Positions 23,401-36,604 of a DNA stretch of 64,000 bases are shown here, piece by piece; position 1 is the first letter of the stretch, and every line of letters begins with the position of its first letter. A program made the position numbers and the translations under genes. The DNA comes from Octopus vulgaris (lineage: Eukaryota), in NCBI GenBank assembly GCA_951406725.2, contig OX597828.1:29822001-29886000 (forward strand). Reading direction: 5' to 3'. The notes below the pieces were generated by a model, which saw nothing but the letters and a program-made list of their open reading frames with translations, ran no database searches and had not been told where the DNA came from.

Positions 23401-25232
23401 TATCATCGGCATCACTGTTTTAGCTTTCTAAAAGAAAATAATTACTTATGTCACGTCAGGTTCACCCATTCGCAAGAGAAAAATTGTCAGTTGAAAAAAA
23501 AAAAAAAAAAAAAGAAACCATCGATTAACTGCCTTTTATTCATAAAAAATATAGAGAAACACTCTCTGAAACTGTGTTATTTGTATTTAAATGCGACACT
23601 CAAAGGGGGTAGCTTTGCAACATAAATCAATGAGGATAAGATTAGTTCTTGTTATTAAGAAATGTAGGAAATAGGTATGTTTCGATCTCAACAAATTTTA
23701 GTAAGATCATTTGGCGTAGCATTGGTCATTAAGTAAAGAAATTAATCAGATGAAGTCCTGTCGATTATGAATATAATTAACAAAACCTTGGAGATGGTGT
23801 CGGAATTTGTATATGTTCTGAACACTTTACCATTTCGACAACTGTAAAGAATTCTCATGCAGAAGGAAACATAATAAAAGAGAAACTCATCCGTTGTTTT
23901 TACAAAATCTCGGTGATAAAAAATGAAAAACTCCCCCCAAACCTATTCCCTGCGATGTCTTTATATTTCAAAAGTTTCAATTACCTTATTGATTTGCAAG
24001 TACCTACTTTGAGTTTCTGATTTCAGTCTTTAGCACTTTTACTGAATTTTGTGTACAATTTGTATGAATTATGTTAGGGATTGGAAATGTTTACGTAATT
24101 GACTACATCTATGGAATTGTACTGTATGTGTATTGAACACGTGATGTATTCCTTCAGGTATATTGCTGAAGTTCAAGCGTCGTAATATTTCGTTCCTGAA
24201 GGAAAAAAGATGTTCAAAAGATGTTCAATATACTTCACATATATAGTATTTTCCAGTCGCTATTTGTAATATATTTTTTTCTTTCGTGCTAGCTTCAGTC
24301 ATCGGCTAATGGAATCCTGAGGTACTGCCCAGGAGAGTCTTCATCGAATAAATAGACCACAGGACTTATTTCTTAAGTTCGGTATTTGTTTTGAAAGTAT
24401 TTTTTACGAGAACGCAAGCATACCATCACAGGTTGTCACACGCACACACACATGCTGGGCCGCTGAAATCTAGAAGTTTTTTTTTTGTTCTCTGTTTATT
24501 TTCTCTTATTCGTCTCTGTTGAAGAAAATAAGCTCGAAACGTAAAAGAACTTTTTCATTTTCAATACACTTGCTTGCTGTTCATGTACTTACATAGGTCG
24601 TAAGTCGACAAGAATGTGTATATAGGATACCTAACACTATTTCGAGTTATTTATCCGAACCATATTGTATTTAATACATTGGTTTTCAGGCGTCGCGTAC
24701 ATCTCTTCACCTTTTATTGTGACATTTGGAAGAGACAACTTACGTACGGAAGCAGACAACAGTTACACCATAACGATATTAATTATGGTATGGTATAGCT
24801 AATATATAACTCGATATACAAATTCTGTAATTAAAATTTATCGTTTGCCTATTTCCAGAAATAATTAAAGCGTAGAAATATAAATAACAGTTCAGCTTTT
24901 AATATAAAATGGCCAACAAGTGGCTAAGGCGTTTATTAATCTTCATTGGCACGTATTTCTTTATATTTAATATTTTTCTGCGAGATAATTCAAATGCCCC
25001 TCTTTGAATGGATCATGTCACACCTCACACCTTTCAAGTTACGAGATTATAGAGAAGCATCAAAGAAAGCAAAATTTCACATGACAAAATATGATTGAAA
25101 TTAAGACAACTCTTTAATTATTGCTTTCTTTAAGAGAGCTGAAATGATACTGCTGGTGCTACTACTACTACTACTACCATCACAACTACTACCACTGATG
25201 CTGATGCTACTCCTACTACTACTATCATTATT

Positions 25233-25273
<41 letters not shown>

Positions 25274-27299
25274 CAATAATATTAATGATAAAAATAATGA
25301 AGACAGAACGACAAAACCACTTTATTAGAGTAGATTACATAACAGCGATTTTTGCGTAGATAATGAAGTATGTTGAAGTATAATGAAATCATACAATTAA
25401 ATATCAAATTTCTAATGTAAATATTTTCGTTTTGATATTTTCAAGCATTTTGGAAACTCTTCAAATATGAAGAGATTAATATGATAAAACTACTTTAATG
25501 CCATAAATGTCCTGACATTTGAAATGTAAATGATATTTATGGCTTTGGAAACGGAAGACGGTGGAGCTCATAACCTTTTTAAAAAGAAGCAGAAAATCTG
25601 GGTAAGTGATAAGAAAGACTGCCAATGTATCACCGGGTTACTGTAGAAATAAGCTGGATATCACAATATCTAGTTAGAGGCAGACATGGACAAAGTGAAC
25701 ACAGGTAAGGTTACGGTTTTATATTTGGTTTGCGCCTTTGATCAACCACCAAGTAACTTGAATCAGAAATTCAGACGATTTCCGACGGTTTATACAAAGA
25801 GACTTGAGCAAATACGACGATTCTGCAGAAGACAATTGTTATGTGTGGCTCACAGCAGATCGAACCCATTAATATATGATGGGCTATCATATTCTAAAGC
25901 CTTTTCGGTTCTGCTTACAGTCGACAGTTAAAGTTCAACGCATGGCATATATAGAACTTAGTCTCTAGAAAAGGAACGAATAAATGACTTGGCTATCGAT
26001 TCAGTTCACAGTTTCACTGGTTAGGTTATGATTTCTACGTTATGAAGGGTTGATGAATATATATCCGTAACGGAACGCATGTATAACAGGAAGTAACATT
26101 CATTTAAGGAAACGGTATTGATGTAGCCCGAAGCACTTCTCCGCAATTCTACGCTGCAAAGTATATTCCTAATGCATGCCATTAGCAAACGAAAATGTTT
26201 ATATCGTCACATATTACGGCGGAAAAAATTAAACCATATCTTATTCCTTACATGTTTGTCTACGTTAAATATATTTAAGTATTTAGATGTAGCTTCATTC
26301 AAATTTTAAATGCAATCAAGTTCAATTTTGATTTCTTCCAGCTGTGAATCCATAAATTTAGTTCCAGTTACGTATTCATAAATATTGAATAAACTATATT
26401 TTTTCCTGCCAAATGCATTGCTTATGTTATATGAGACCGACTTCCTATGTGTATGCAGCCATGAGTTATTGGCATTGGCCCTGTGGAAAATATTCCAGAG
26501 TTGTAATTGCCTAGCAAGTGACATGATATGAGACAATGTTTTGGCAGTAAAAATGGAAAGAACTACGCTAACCTTTTAATAGCATAAAAGTTAAAATACA
26601 TCTAAACTTTTTTCATGAGGCAGCACAATGTTTGTTGCACAACTGAGACGTATCACTGACATTAAGCTCAACCACGATAGCTGTTTAGTCACGGCTCTTA
26701 GTCATCTAGATTAGAAAATCTTGTTTTATCTGTAACCCCAGGAAACGTAAAACTTGCTCATTTAGTGAACCCAGTCAATCTCAGTAACTAGGTCTCTCGT
26801 GAACCGATATGTGATATCACTTGATATTCCCGTGATAAAGAGCCCTTGTGATCTTAATATTCTTATGACCTAGTGAGGAGTAAACTCCCTAGCATTATAC
26901 ATTACAATAGTAAAATATTGCATAACTTTTAAATCACAGTATATTCTAATATTTCGACGACAGGCTGAATACCTACCACGAAGGATTATGAAATGAAATT
27001 TACGAGAGGAAAGTTTATCCAACATCGATATAAAATGCATTTGAGTTTCAATTAACTACTCGAATTGTACATTAAATTTAAATAGGAAAAAAAAAACCTG
27101 CTTGAATATAAATCTAATATTATATACTTCTTTACTAGAATTCGTAGCAACGAAATTAGGCGGAGAGATGTATTTTGAAAATATTCATAGAAATCGGATT
27201 ATTAATTTTCTATTGTAATATGTTGCTGTAAAATATTTTTAATCACGGAATTTGAATTTCATCCGGTAATCAAGCAAATGCTCATACGCAGACATTCAC

Positions 27300-27394
27300 A
27301 TCAACACGCGCACATACACACACGCAGAAGCATACATACACATATAAATACATATGTGCATATATATATATACATACACATGTGTGTGTGTATA

Positions 27395-27458
<64 letters not shown>

Positions 27459-27484
27459 CACATATATATATATATACATATATG

Positions 27485-27515
<31 letters not shown>

Positions 27516-27607
27516 ATATATATGTATATATGCGAATTCACATATATACACAGATGAATATGTATATGTATAGACATATATACCTACATTCATACAATCA
27601 TATTAAC

Positions 27608-27639
<32 letters not shown>

Positions 27640-27686
27640 CTGTGTCTGTGTGTGTGTGTATTTGTGTGTGCGTATATGTATGCATG

Positions 27687-27727
<41 letters not shown>

Positions 27728-28361
27728 GAACATACATATACACACACGAACACCCAGACATCTATATACAGACATATATATGCAGACATACAATCACATA
27801 CATACTCGTGTTTATCCATTTATTTGTATACGAACGTCACCGTTGTGTTACTAACTATAATATTATAGATATTGGCAATACATACAATTACGTAAAGGAA
27901 CATGGGTGTATGCGTATAATTATGTAAGCATATAAAGGTTCATAATTAGCAATCTATTTTTCTATATACATGCATGTTTACACATAAATATAGAAAGCCA
28001 GATACGCCGTTACGCGGTAACCGTAAAATAGATGTGTTTATGAGATTTTGTACACAATCGAGCACACACACGCACACACACACACACACACACAGAAGCA
28101 TACAAACGCACACATACACATATAAGTATATGATATTTACAAATAGATATATAAAGATATTTCTGTATAAGTATTAGTTAGCATACGTCTATATGTATGT
28201 ACGTGTGTATACATACATACACTGACATGCATATAATATTAATAAAATGTTACTCGAAGATAATTATCTTCAAAGTCACGTGCACTTACACACATGCGCC
28301 TGTATTTGTGCGCATATACATATGTGAATATTTATAAGCATTCTTGTATGTATCAATCTGA

Positions 28362-28402
<41 letters not shown>

Positions 28403-28476
28403 CATATAGACATATACACATATGTATACAGAAACATATATACATATTTTTGCACAAACATATATGTAGATATATA

Positions 28477-28529
<53 letters not shown>

Positions 28530-28700
28530 TTGTGTATATATATGCGTTTGTGTATGTGACTGTGTGTGTGTGCCTGTATGTGTGCATGCGTGTGTGTATG
28601 TGCGTGCGTGTATGTGTATGCCTCTGTGTGTGTGTGCATGAGTGTCTGTTTATGTGCGTGTGTGTGCGTGTGCGTGTGTGTGCGTGTGCGCGCGGGTGTG
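27300..28700. repeat. Extended degenerate (TA)n/(TG)n/(CA)n microsatellite field
   Basis: Seen directly; source of many IY/CV/HT ORFs. Confidence 0.9.
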
Positions 28701-29240
28701 TGTTGAGTGTGCCATGACATCGATGATTACCATCTTGAAGATATTCTGCATTTATATCAAAGCAACATATCTTCATATATTAACTTGCAAACACCTCGAA
28801 GTGTTCAAATTCCCGTTTTTCTTTAGCATCACTTCCACTTTTCTGTAAATTTAATCTCAATGATAAAACGTCTTGAAAATATTCAAACGAGAAATTATCG
28901 TGTCTACATGCATTTGGCAAATGCGTTAAGTAATAAAATTTCATCTTGCGATAAAGTGAAATTCTATCACATCTTATTAAAAAAAAGGATATGAAAAAAA
29001 AAAAAGGTTAAAAACTTTAATAAATATATATGTATATTTATATTCATCTTCTTATTCACAGTATTTGATAATGTAACTATGGAATTTATACATTCCTATG
29101 CCTCTCAAATGGAATATTGGAAATACTTATTCACTGGGTTAGTTTATAAATGTGCGCCAGTGTGTGCGCATTTATATACGTATATATATATGCACACACA
29201 CAAACACACATACACGCACACACACATATATATATATAAA

Positions 29241-29460
29241 GGCGGCGAGCTGGCAGAAACGTTAGCACGCTGGGAGAAATGCGTAGCTGTATTTCGTCTG
29301 CCGTTACGTTCTGAGTTCAAATTCGGGCGAGGTCGACTATACCTTTCATCCTTTCGGGGTCGATAAATTAAGTACCAGTTACGCACTGGGGTCGACGTAA
29401 TCCGTGTGTCTGTCCTTATTTGTCCCCTCTGTGTGTAGCCCCTTGTGGGTAGTAAAGAAA
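29241..29460 (+). mobile_element. SINE family A, tail type 2
   Basis: Full head and body, tail GTCCCCTCTGTGTGTAGCCCCTTGTGGGTAGTAAAGAAA. Confidence 0.88.
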
Positions 29461-29478
29461 TATATATATATATATATG

Positions 29479-29512
<34 letters not shown>

Positions 29513-30989
29513 CATATATATATACACGAATATATATATGTATATGTACATATGTATGCGTGTGTAGATATATATGCGTGTGTTTGTGTGTGTATGTGAG
29601 TTGTGTCTATGTGTGTATGTGCGTGTCTTTATGTATCAACTTCCCAGTTCAGATGTATTTGAAACACATTCTATCACTTAATAAGGCAATATCCTGCATT
29701 TTGTCATGTAGAAATATTCTCACTGTTGACAAAACGGTGTAAATACACCAGATCGATTCTACGCGCACCATCTCTCCAGAACGCTGGATACATTCTTGTT
29801 TACAGCGAGACCTTTTCCCAGTCACGAAATGCAGGGAATGTCCTTCTTGTGTGTTCGAGTATGTATCAAACATATTCGAAGTTTTACTTTTCTCTATAAA
29901 TCATTCTTTAGCTCTTGCAGTCTGCGTTTTGCTACAGCCACGCAGCTGTTTAGCGCCAGAAGTCAAACTATTTTCATTGGGTTCTAACACGAGGGACATT
30001 GTCTCTTAATCAATTCGGAGTTGCACCCCCTTTTCCAGTTGTGATGGTGATGAGAAGATAACTACTTCGAAAGAAATGTATGCATCCATCAATCTATACG
30101 TAAGACGCTTGGAACTGATATGATGAGTTTATATGGTTTTGCCGAGAGCGAGAATATTTCTCTATGACAAACTGCAATGATAACCTTCTTTGGGTTCCAA
30201 TATGCCTAAAACATACTTGAATTGACAACAAGTTTATATAAATCATTGCTTAACGCTTCTAATCCGTATATCTATGTTTATCTTTAAATATACATATATT
30301 TATGTAAATATTTTGGTCTATTTTTACAAATATGTGTGTGCGTGTGTGTGTTTTGTGTATACATATAAATATATATCTTTTCGTCTCTCTCTCTCTCTCT
30401 CTCTGTATATATATATATATATATATATTAATACGCATATATTCATGCAAACATATTTACGCATATTTCTACACACACACATACACACGCACACACACAT
30501 ACATATATAAACATACGAAGATGATTATCTACAAAGTCCCGTGTATTTGCCCACCTACCCATAGTTTTGTGTGAGTACGTAACTCTGCATGCATGTAAGC
30601 GTTCATACATAGATTTGCCTAATCTAGTCATTTATATATACACCCGCATACAACACTGTCCAGCGTAGCCTTTCGCTTCAGTATTTCAAATAGGGAAAGG
30701 TTTTCGAATTCTTTTCGCTCTGCAGTTATAATGCTATTAACCATGCATTCTACTTCATCTCTGACTTAATTACTGTAATTACCTTCCCGCAGATTTCAAC
30801 CACTAAGCTGAACAGGTGTACCCAGTCATGGAAACACGGAGAAATACGAAGGAATGTTGCAGCTCTCATTGGCAACCTAAAGGATATAAATTCCAAATCA
30901 TTTAAATAATTGCAGTTTGTTTCAACTAAACTTTATCAAATTCAATAATCTATCAAGAGAAAATATTAAATAAGCTTAAGCTATTAATA

Positions 30990-31371
30990 TTGATTTGAAA
31001 TTTTGACATAAGGCCAGCAACTTAGGTGGGAGGCAGTAAGTCGATTATATCGACCCAAGTACTCAACTGGTACTTATTGTATCGACATCGAAAACATGAA
31101 AAGCGATGTCGCAAAGCATTTTGCCCGGCGTGCTAACGGTTTTGCCAGATCATCGCCCTGCATAAGCTATTAATATCGGTTTCAAATTTTGCAGAAGACA
31201 AATAATTTTTTTGGTGGTGGTGGTGGTGGTGGGGGGGGGAATCGATTATATCGACACCATTACACAACTGGTACTTATTTTATCGATCCTGAAAGAATAA
31301 ATGTAAGGATTTGAACAGAGAATGTAAAGACGGACGGCATGCCGCTAAGCTGTTTGCTCGGCGTGTTAACG
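30990..31371 (-). mobile_element. Two adjacent old SINE family A copies
   Basis: Each shows TCGATTATATCGAC...CAACTGGTACTTATT...GGCGTGYTAACG. Confidence 0.7.
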
Positions 31372-31942
31372 ATGTGGGCTAATGCCGATCACCTGTCGTC
31401 CAGCGAAGGAAGAGTAAGGCTATCGACTGTGTGAATTATAAAAATTGACCCACCGGAAGTTTTAACAAACAAAGGTAAAAATTGTTTTCTCAATGTTGTA
31501 GCAATAGCGAAAGAGGCAGTATGGAAGACTAGGATTAAAGGGATTTAGACTGGCAACTTTATCCCCGGCCACGATTTACGATCATTTTTTTACTTCTCAT
31601 TTGAAAAGGAAAGTGTGGCTGGAGAAGAGTTGTCTATCGGAGAGTATGTTCAAAAAGAGATGGAAGCATGTTGCACGAGTGCTGTGCGTGCAAGGAACCG
31701 TGTGAATAGGCTATAAAAGAAAAACAAGAAAAGGTACCAGCGATAGATCGGGGCTTGTGGGGTCAGAGCATGGCCTGATCATCGCCCCATTTGTGTTGTT
31801 TCTGGATTGTTAATTTCATTCGATTATTTTTCAATATTTTATATAATTTTTATATTCATGTTTTATGTAAAATCATAACGTATTATTGATCCCAATCAGT
31901 TGTTCCATTTCTGTATTTGGCCCCCTGTGGGCAATTAAGAAA
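31372..31942 (+). mobile_element. L1/Tx1-clade LINE 3' fragment (ORF2 C-terminus and 3'UTR)
   Basis: Translation with stops and a frameshift: FLNVVAIAKEAVWKTRIKG...HLKRKVWLEKSCLSESMFKKRW*, fitting the L1/Tx1 ORF2 end pattern AKxxIWxxR...FxxRW. T-rich 3'UTR ends GGCCCCCTGTGGGCAATTAAGAAA. Confidence 0.7.
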
Positions 31943-31965
31943 TTGGCATTTCGTCTGCCGTTCGA

Positions 31966-32067
31966 AGCCATGGTAGAAAGCACTTGCCAAGGTGCCACGC
32001 AGTGAGACTGAACCCGGAACCATGTGGTTGGGAAGCAAGCTTCTTACCACACAGCCACTCCTGCGTC
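31966..32067 (-). mobile_element. SINE family B, 5' part
   Basis: CACTTGCCAAGGTGCCACGCAGTGAGACTGAACCCGGAACCATGTGG...CACAGCCACTCCTGCG. Confidence 0.85.
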
Positions 32068-32084
32068 TGTCTATCTCTCCCCCC

Positions 32085-32115
<31 letters not shown>

Positions 32116-32168
32116 GTTCAAATTCTTGGGGAGTTTTGAACTACAGTTTTGCCTCTGTAGGAATGTAC

Positions 32169-32225
<57 letters not shown>

Positions 32226-32523
32226 CACACATATGCATACATAGCTAAACCTTTCATGTGTTTGTACGTCTGGATATGAAGCGATAACGAATGTGTCTCT
32301 ATATCTTTCAGTCTTTTAATATACCATTCTACAAGAGCCGACTGTCTATTTGTACGAGCGTTAGTTAACCGCTTAGTTATCAGTCTGTGAAAATATCAAT
32401 AAATAAGAATATCGCTATATTCATACATCTGTCTAATTGCCAATACGATTAAGTCGCTGTCTTTCAGAAGGTGGTCAGTAATCTGTGTGAGAGATTGCGT
32501 TTGTGTATGCGTGCGTGTGTGTA

Positions 32524-32563
<40 letters not shown>

Positions 32564-32725
32564 TCTGTGCGTATGCTGTGTATGTACTCTGTATTTATGT
32601 GGGTGAATAAGATTACTGTTTGCTCTGTGTGTGTGATTATATAGTGATAGTGTACTGTTCGGGTGGGTGCGCGACGACAATCGTATACGGGTGTGTGTTA
32701 ATCATGTAGAAGTTAGAGTAATTAT

Positions 32726-32728
32726 CGC

Positions 32729-32765
<37 letters not shown>

Positions 32766-32790
32766 GTCATCGTCGTCGTCATCGTCGTCG

Positions 32791-32824
<34 letters not shown>

Positions 32825-33217
32825 TATCATCATCATCATTGTCCTCATCATCATTTAGCGTACGTTTTCCATGCTGACATGGGTTAGATGGTTTGATCGG
32901 AACTGGTGAGCCGGAGAACTGTACCGGGTCCCGGTCTGATTTGACTTGGTTTCAACGGCTGGATGCTCTTCCCAACGCCAACCACTCCGTGAGTGTACTC
33001 GGTGCCTTTAACATGTCATCGGCACTGGCCACGACTATGGTTTCTCTTGGCTTAACTTCCCAAACACGGCAAATCCCCAAACACCTCGATCACTTCTCAA
33101 CGTCTCTTTGACAACCAGCATTCGAAGATCATGCTTCACCACCTCGTCCCATGTCTTCCTGGATCTACCCCTTCCGTATGTTCCCTCCACAGTTAAAGCT
33201 AGGCACTTCTTTACGCA
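32726..33217 (-). mobile_element. RTE-clade LINE 3' end with (GAT)n tail
   Basis: Translation CVKKCLALTVEGTYGRGRSRKTWDEVVKHDLR...DRGVW fits RTE GRPxxxW...DRxxW; the 3'UTR runs into (GAT)n. Confidence 0.75.
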
Positions 33218-33450
33218 ACAGTGTTGGGCAATGTAATATTTTACCCTATGATTCGTTAAATTCCACCGTATCGAGGCCAACTTTCCCTGTTCTCCTTCTG
33301 TGACCACAAATTGAAACGCCAATCAAGTACTGGTTCAAATACAATCGACTTCCTCCTTCCTCTTAAATGCCTCGAGGTGTGTCTATAATAGAAATAATAA
33401 ATAATTAAGCAGAATATTGTCTCTATGACAATTGCTTTCCACCATGCCTA

Positions 33451-33668
33451 AGGCGAAAAGATGGCAGAAACGTTAGCACGCCGGTCGAAATGTTTAGCGG
33501 TATTTCGTCTGTCTTTACGTTGTGAGTTCAAATTCCGCCGGGGTCGACTTTGTCTTTCATCCTATCAGGGTCGATAAATTAAGTACCAGTTGCGTACTGG
33601 GGTCTATCTAATCGATAGGCCCCCTCCCCCAAAATTTCGGGCCTTGTGCCTAGAGTACAAAAGAATAT
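33451..33668 (+). mobile_element. SINE family A, tail type 1
   Basis: Body as above; tail CCCTCCCCCAAAATTTCGGGCCTTGTGCCTAGAGTA. Confidence 0.88.
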
Positions 33669-34072
33669 CCCCTATGTATAGAGAATATAACAATATCTGG
33701 GGAACAGATATCCTCAGCTGCTAGTTTCAGTCCTGAGAACAATATTAAATCTTTGTTAGTGTATAAATTGATGTCAAATGTAACTTTAATAACAAAATAT
33801 GCATACTTTTGATATGATATATCAAAATATATTATATTCTGATTACAGTTCTTATATGCAGTTTGTGCAATGTTGACGCTGTACGAAAGCCTCTCATAGT
33901 GTCATTCTTCCAAGCCCTATATCACGGCTTCCATTTTTACTTTCTGCCTTTTCTTGATGACCTCGAAAATTTTCTCGTATTGAAACAAATATAATACACA
34001 GACGCATACACACATATACTTCACACACACACACACACACACATACACACATACACACACACACACACACAC

Positions 34073-34110
<38 letters not shown>

Positions 34111-34407
34111 CAAACGATGTGTAGGTGTCAATACGTTATAGTTATGCCCAACGATTAATGGGCACATTATATAGTTTTATAAAACTGTTTTCTTCAGGTG
34201 AATACACGAGCGACATTATTAGGAACATTTAAAATACACGGCATTTGCATATTTCATAATTCCAGGATCATCGCTGGTCGCAAAATGAGTTTGCTAAATC
34301 AAAACAAATATAAAAGTGATTAAAAAGTGTATGCATTTTCAATTTTGACCCGACACAGTGGCTTACCATTTAAGTACCTTATTCACCTTAATATATACAA
34401 GCACACA

Positions 34408-34446
<39 letters not shown>

Positions 34447-34836
34447 ACACATACACATACACACGCACACACATGCACAGATACATATATACAATTTCAA
34501 AATGGCTGATGGATACCAACGAATTTGAATCAAACTATTTTAGTCTATATCTGTAACTCGCAATAAATTTTTAGAGTGCCCTTCTTTCGTTTTTTCACTC
34601 ACTCGTATATATATATATACACGCACACATATATATATATATGTATATATCATGTAGTCAAGTGGTACTTCATTGGTTATGGCCGGTCAGAATGTTACAT
34701 CTGCTACCACACTTGTCAATATAGGTGACTCATCAGTCACTCACATAATCATGCGTAATCTTTCGCACACTTTACGTAAACAAGATTTCTGTGCTTTTAC
34801 ACATCAAATCTTATATACATACATACATACATATAT

Positions 34837-34906
<70 letters not shown>

Positions 34907-34926
34907 ATGTGTGTGTATGTATGTAT

Positions 34927-35150
34927 ACTCTTTTACTCTTTTACTTGTTTCAGGCATTTGACTGCGGCCATGCTGGAGCACCGCCTTTAATCGAGCAACT
35001 CGACCCCAGGACTTATTCTTTTGTAAGCCCAGTACTTATTCTATCGGTCTCTTTTGCCGAACCGCTAGGTAACGAGGACATAAACACACCGGCATCGGTT
35101 GTCAAGTAATGCTAGGGGGACAAACACAGACACACAAACATACACACACT

Positions 35151-35212
<62 letters not shown>

Positions 35213-35377
35213 TACGACGGTCTTCTTTCAGTTTCCGTCTACCAAATCCACTCACAAGGCTTTGGTCGGCCCGAGACTATAGTTGAAGACACTTGCCCAA
35301 GGTGCCACGCAGTGGGACTGAACCCGGAACCATGTGGTTGGTAAGCAAGCTACTTACCACACAAGCCACTCCTGCGC
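34927..35377 (-). mobile_element. SINE family B, full length and uninterrupted
   Basis: Colinear with the joined 18402-18441 + 20680-21048 copy; internal (TA)n expanded. Confidence 0.9.
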
Positions 35378-35386
35378 ATATATGTA

Positions 35387-35454
<68 letters not shown>

Positions 35455-35548
35455 ATAAAGGGTGGAATATAATTAATTTAATAAAATTAATCAATTTCAC
35501 CTAGTAGATTTATCGGTATGGAAAAGACCATATTTGGTAAGGGTTATA

Positions 35549-35762
35549 ATAATTATAATTAAGGGTTAAATGCAACAAGTTGCTCAAAACCACATACCGA
35601 AAATATTAGAAATAGCAGCCAAAATTGATCACCATTTCCTCTACTAGTAAAAAGTCTCCACAAACAAACAGAATTTGTAAGCTGTATATGGCAAAAAAGG
35701 CAGAAAATAACGAAATCCCAGCCTTGAGCAACTTGTTGCATTTAACCCTTAATTATAATTAT
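35549..35762. repeat. Perfect 39-bp inverted repeat enclosing 136 bp
   Basis: ATAATTATAATTAAGGGTTAAATGCAACAAGTTGCTCAA (35549-35587) and its exact reverse complement (35724-35762). Confidence 0.85.
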
Positions 35763-36358
35763 ATATATATATATATATCAATTAAAACAGTTATTGTTTC
35801 TTGTCAGAAAGAAAAAGATTAATAGGACTGCCATAGAAGTGCTCTATTGAAAGAGACAAATATATATTAAACTAAGGTTAAAGAGCAAACAAATGCAATG
35901 TCATCCGCATAACATTTCATAATTCGAGCATTTAATCATAGAATATACATATAAACATCCCGCGTAATTTTTCGTAAATTTTTGTGTAAATAAGCTTAAA
36001 CCACGCATTTCCTGTTAGTTTTACTTGTACTGAATAATATGGGAATTGTTGAATTTATTTTCCATTTTGGAGGAGGGGGTTACATGATAATGGTTAGGAA
36101 CGGAGAAGGCCTCTGGTTAATTTTCACAATAATGTGGCGAGCGTGTTTGCATGTGTTGTGAGAATGATGGAAAAAGTAAAGTTATAAATACATCATTTCA
36201 TTTGGAAGACAGAAATAAATTTGAACGACTATCACTCTGTTATAATCCAACAATTTTTCAGTTATTTATAGGTTTTATTTGTTGCTTTTATTCCCCATGG
36301 CTTTGGATAAATTTCGGAGAAATGTTTTATCGTCCACAAATGGTAAAAGGTATTTTCC

Positions 36359-36460
36359 TGTTTAACGTCCCCGGTGTTCTCTTGTTGAAAGTCCCCGGGG
36401 TTCTCTTGTGAAACATAAACATCCCCAGTATTTTATCTGTTAAACGTCCCCGGTGTTTTC
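36359..36460. repeat. Short ~24-bp minisatellite (4 imperfect units)
   Basis: Units resemble TGTTTAACGTCCCCGGTGTTCTCT. Confidence 0.75.
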
Positions 36461-36521
<61 letters not shown>

Positions 36522-36555
36522 GTTATTAGTATTATTATTGTTATTGTTATTGTTA

Positions 36556-36602
<47 letters not shown>

Positions 36603-36604
36603 GT

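Noticed and set aside
25560-25720. Two GTAAG donor-like sites suggesting small exons
   Set aside because: No convincing acceptors or recognisable coding content; such words are expected by chance.
29640-30050. Possible decayed transposase (CPSC-containing minus frame)
   Set aside because: Multiple stops and no catalytic motif identifiable.
36359-36460. CRISPR-like array
   Set aside because: Eukaryotic context, adjacent degenerate units without unique spacers, no cas genes.
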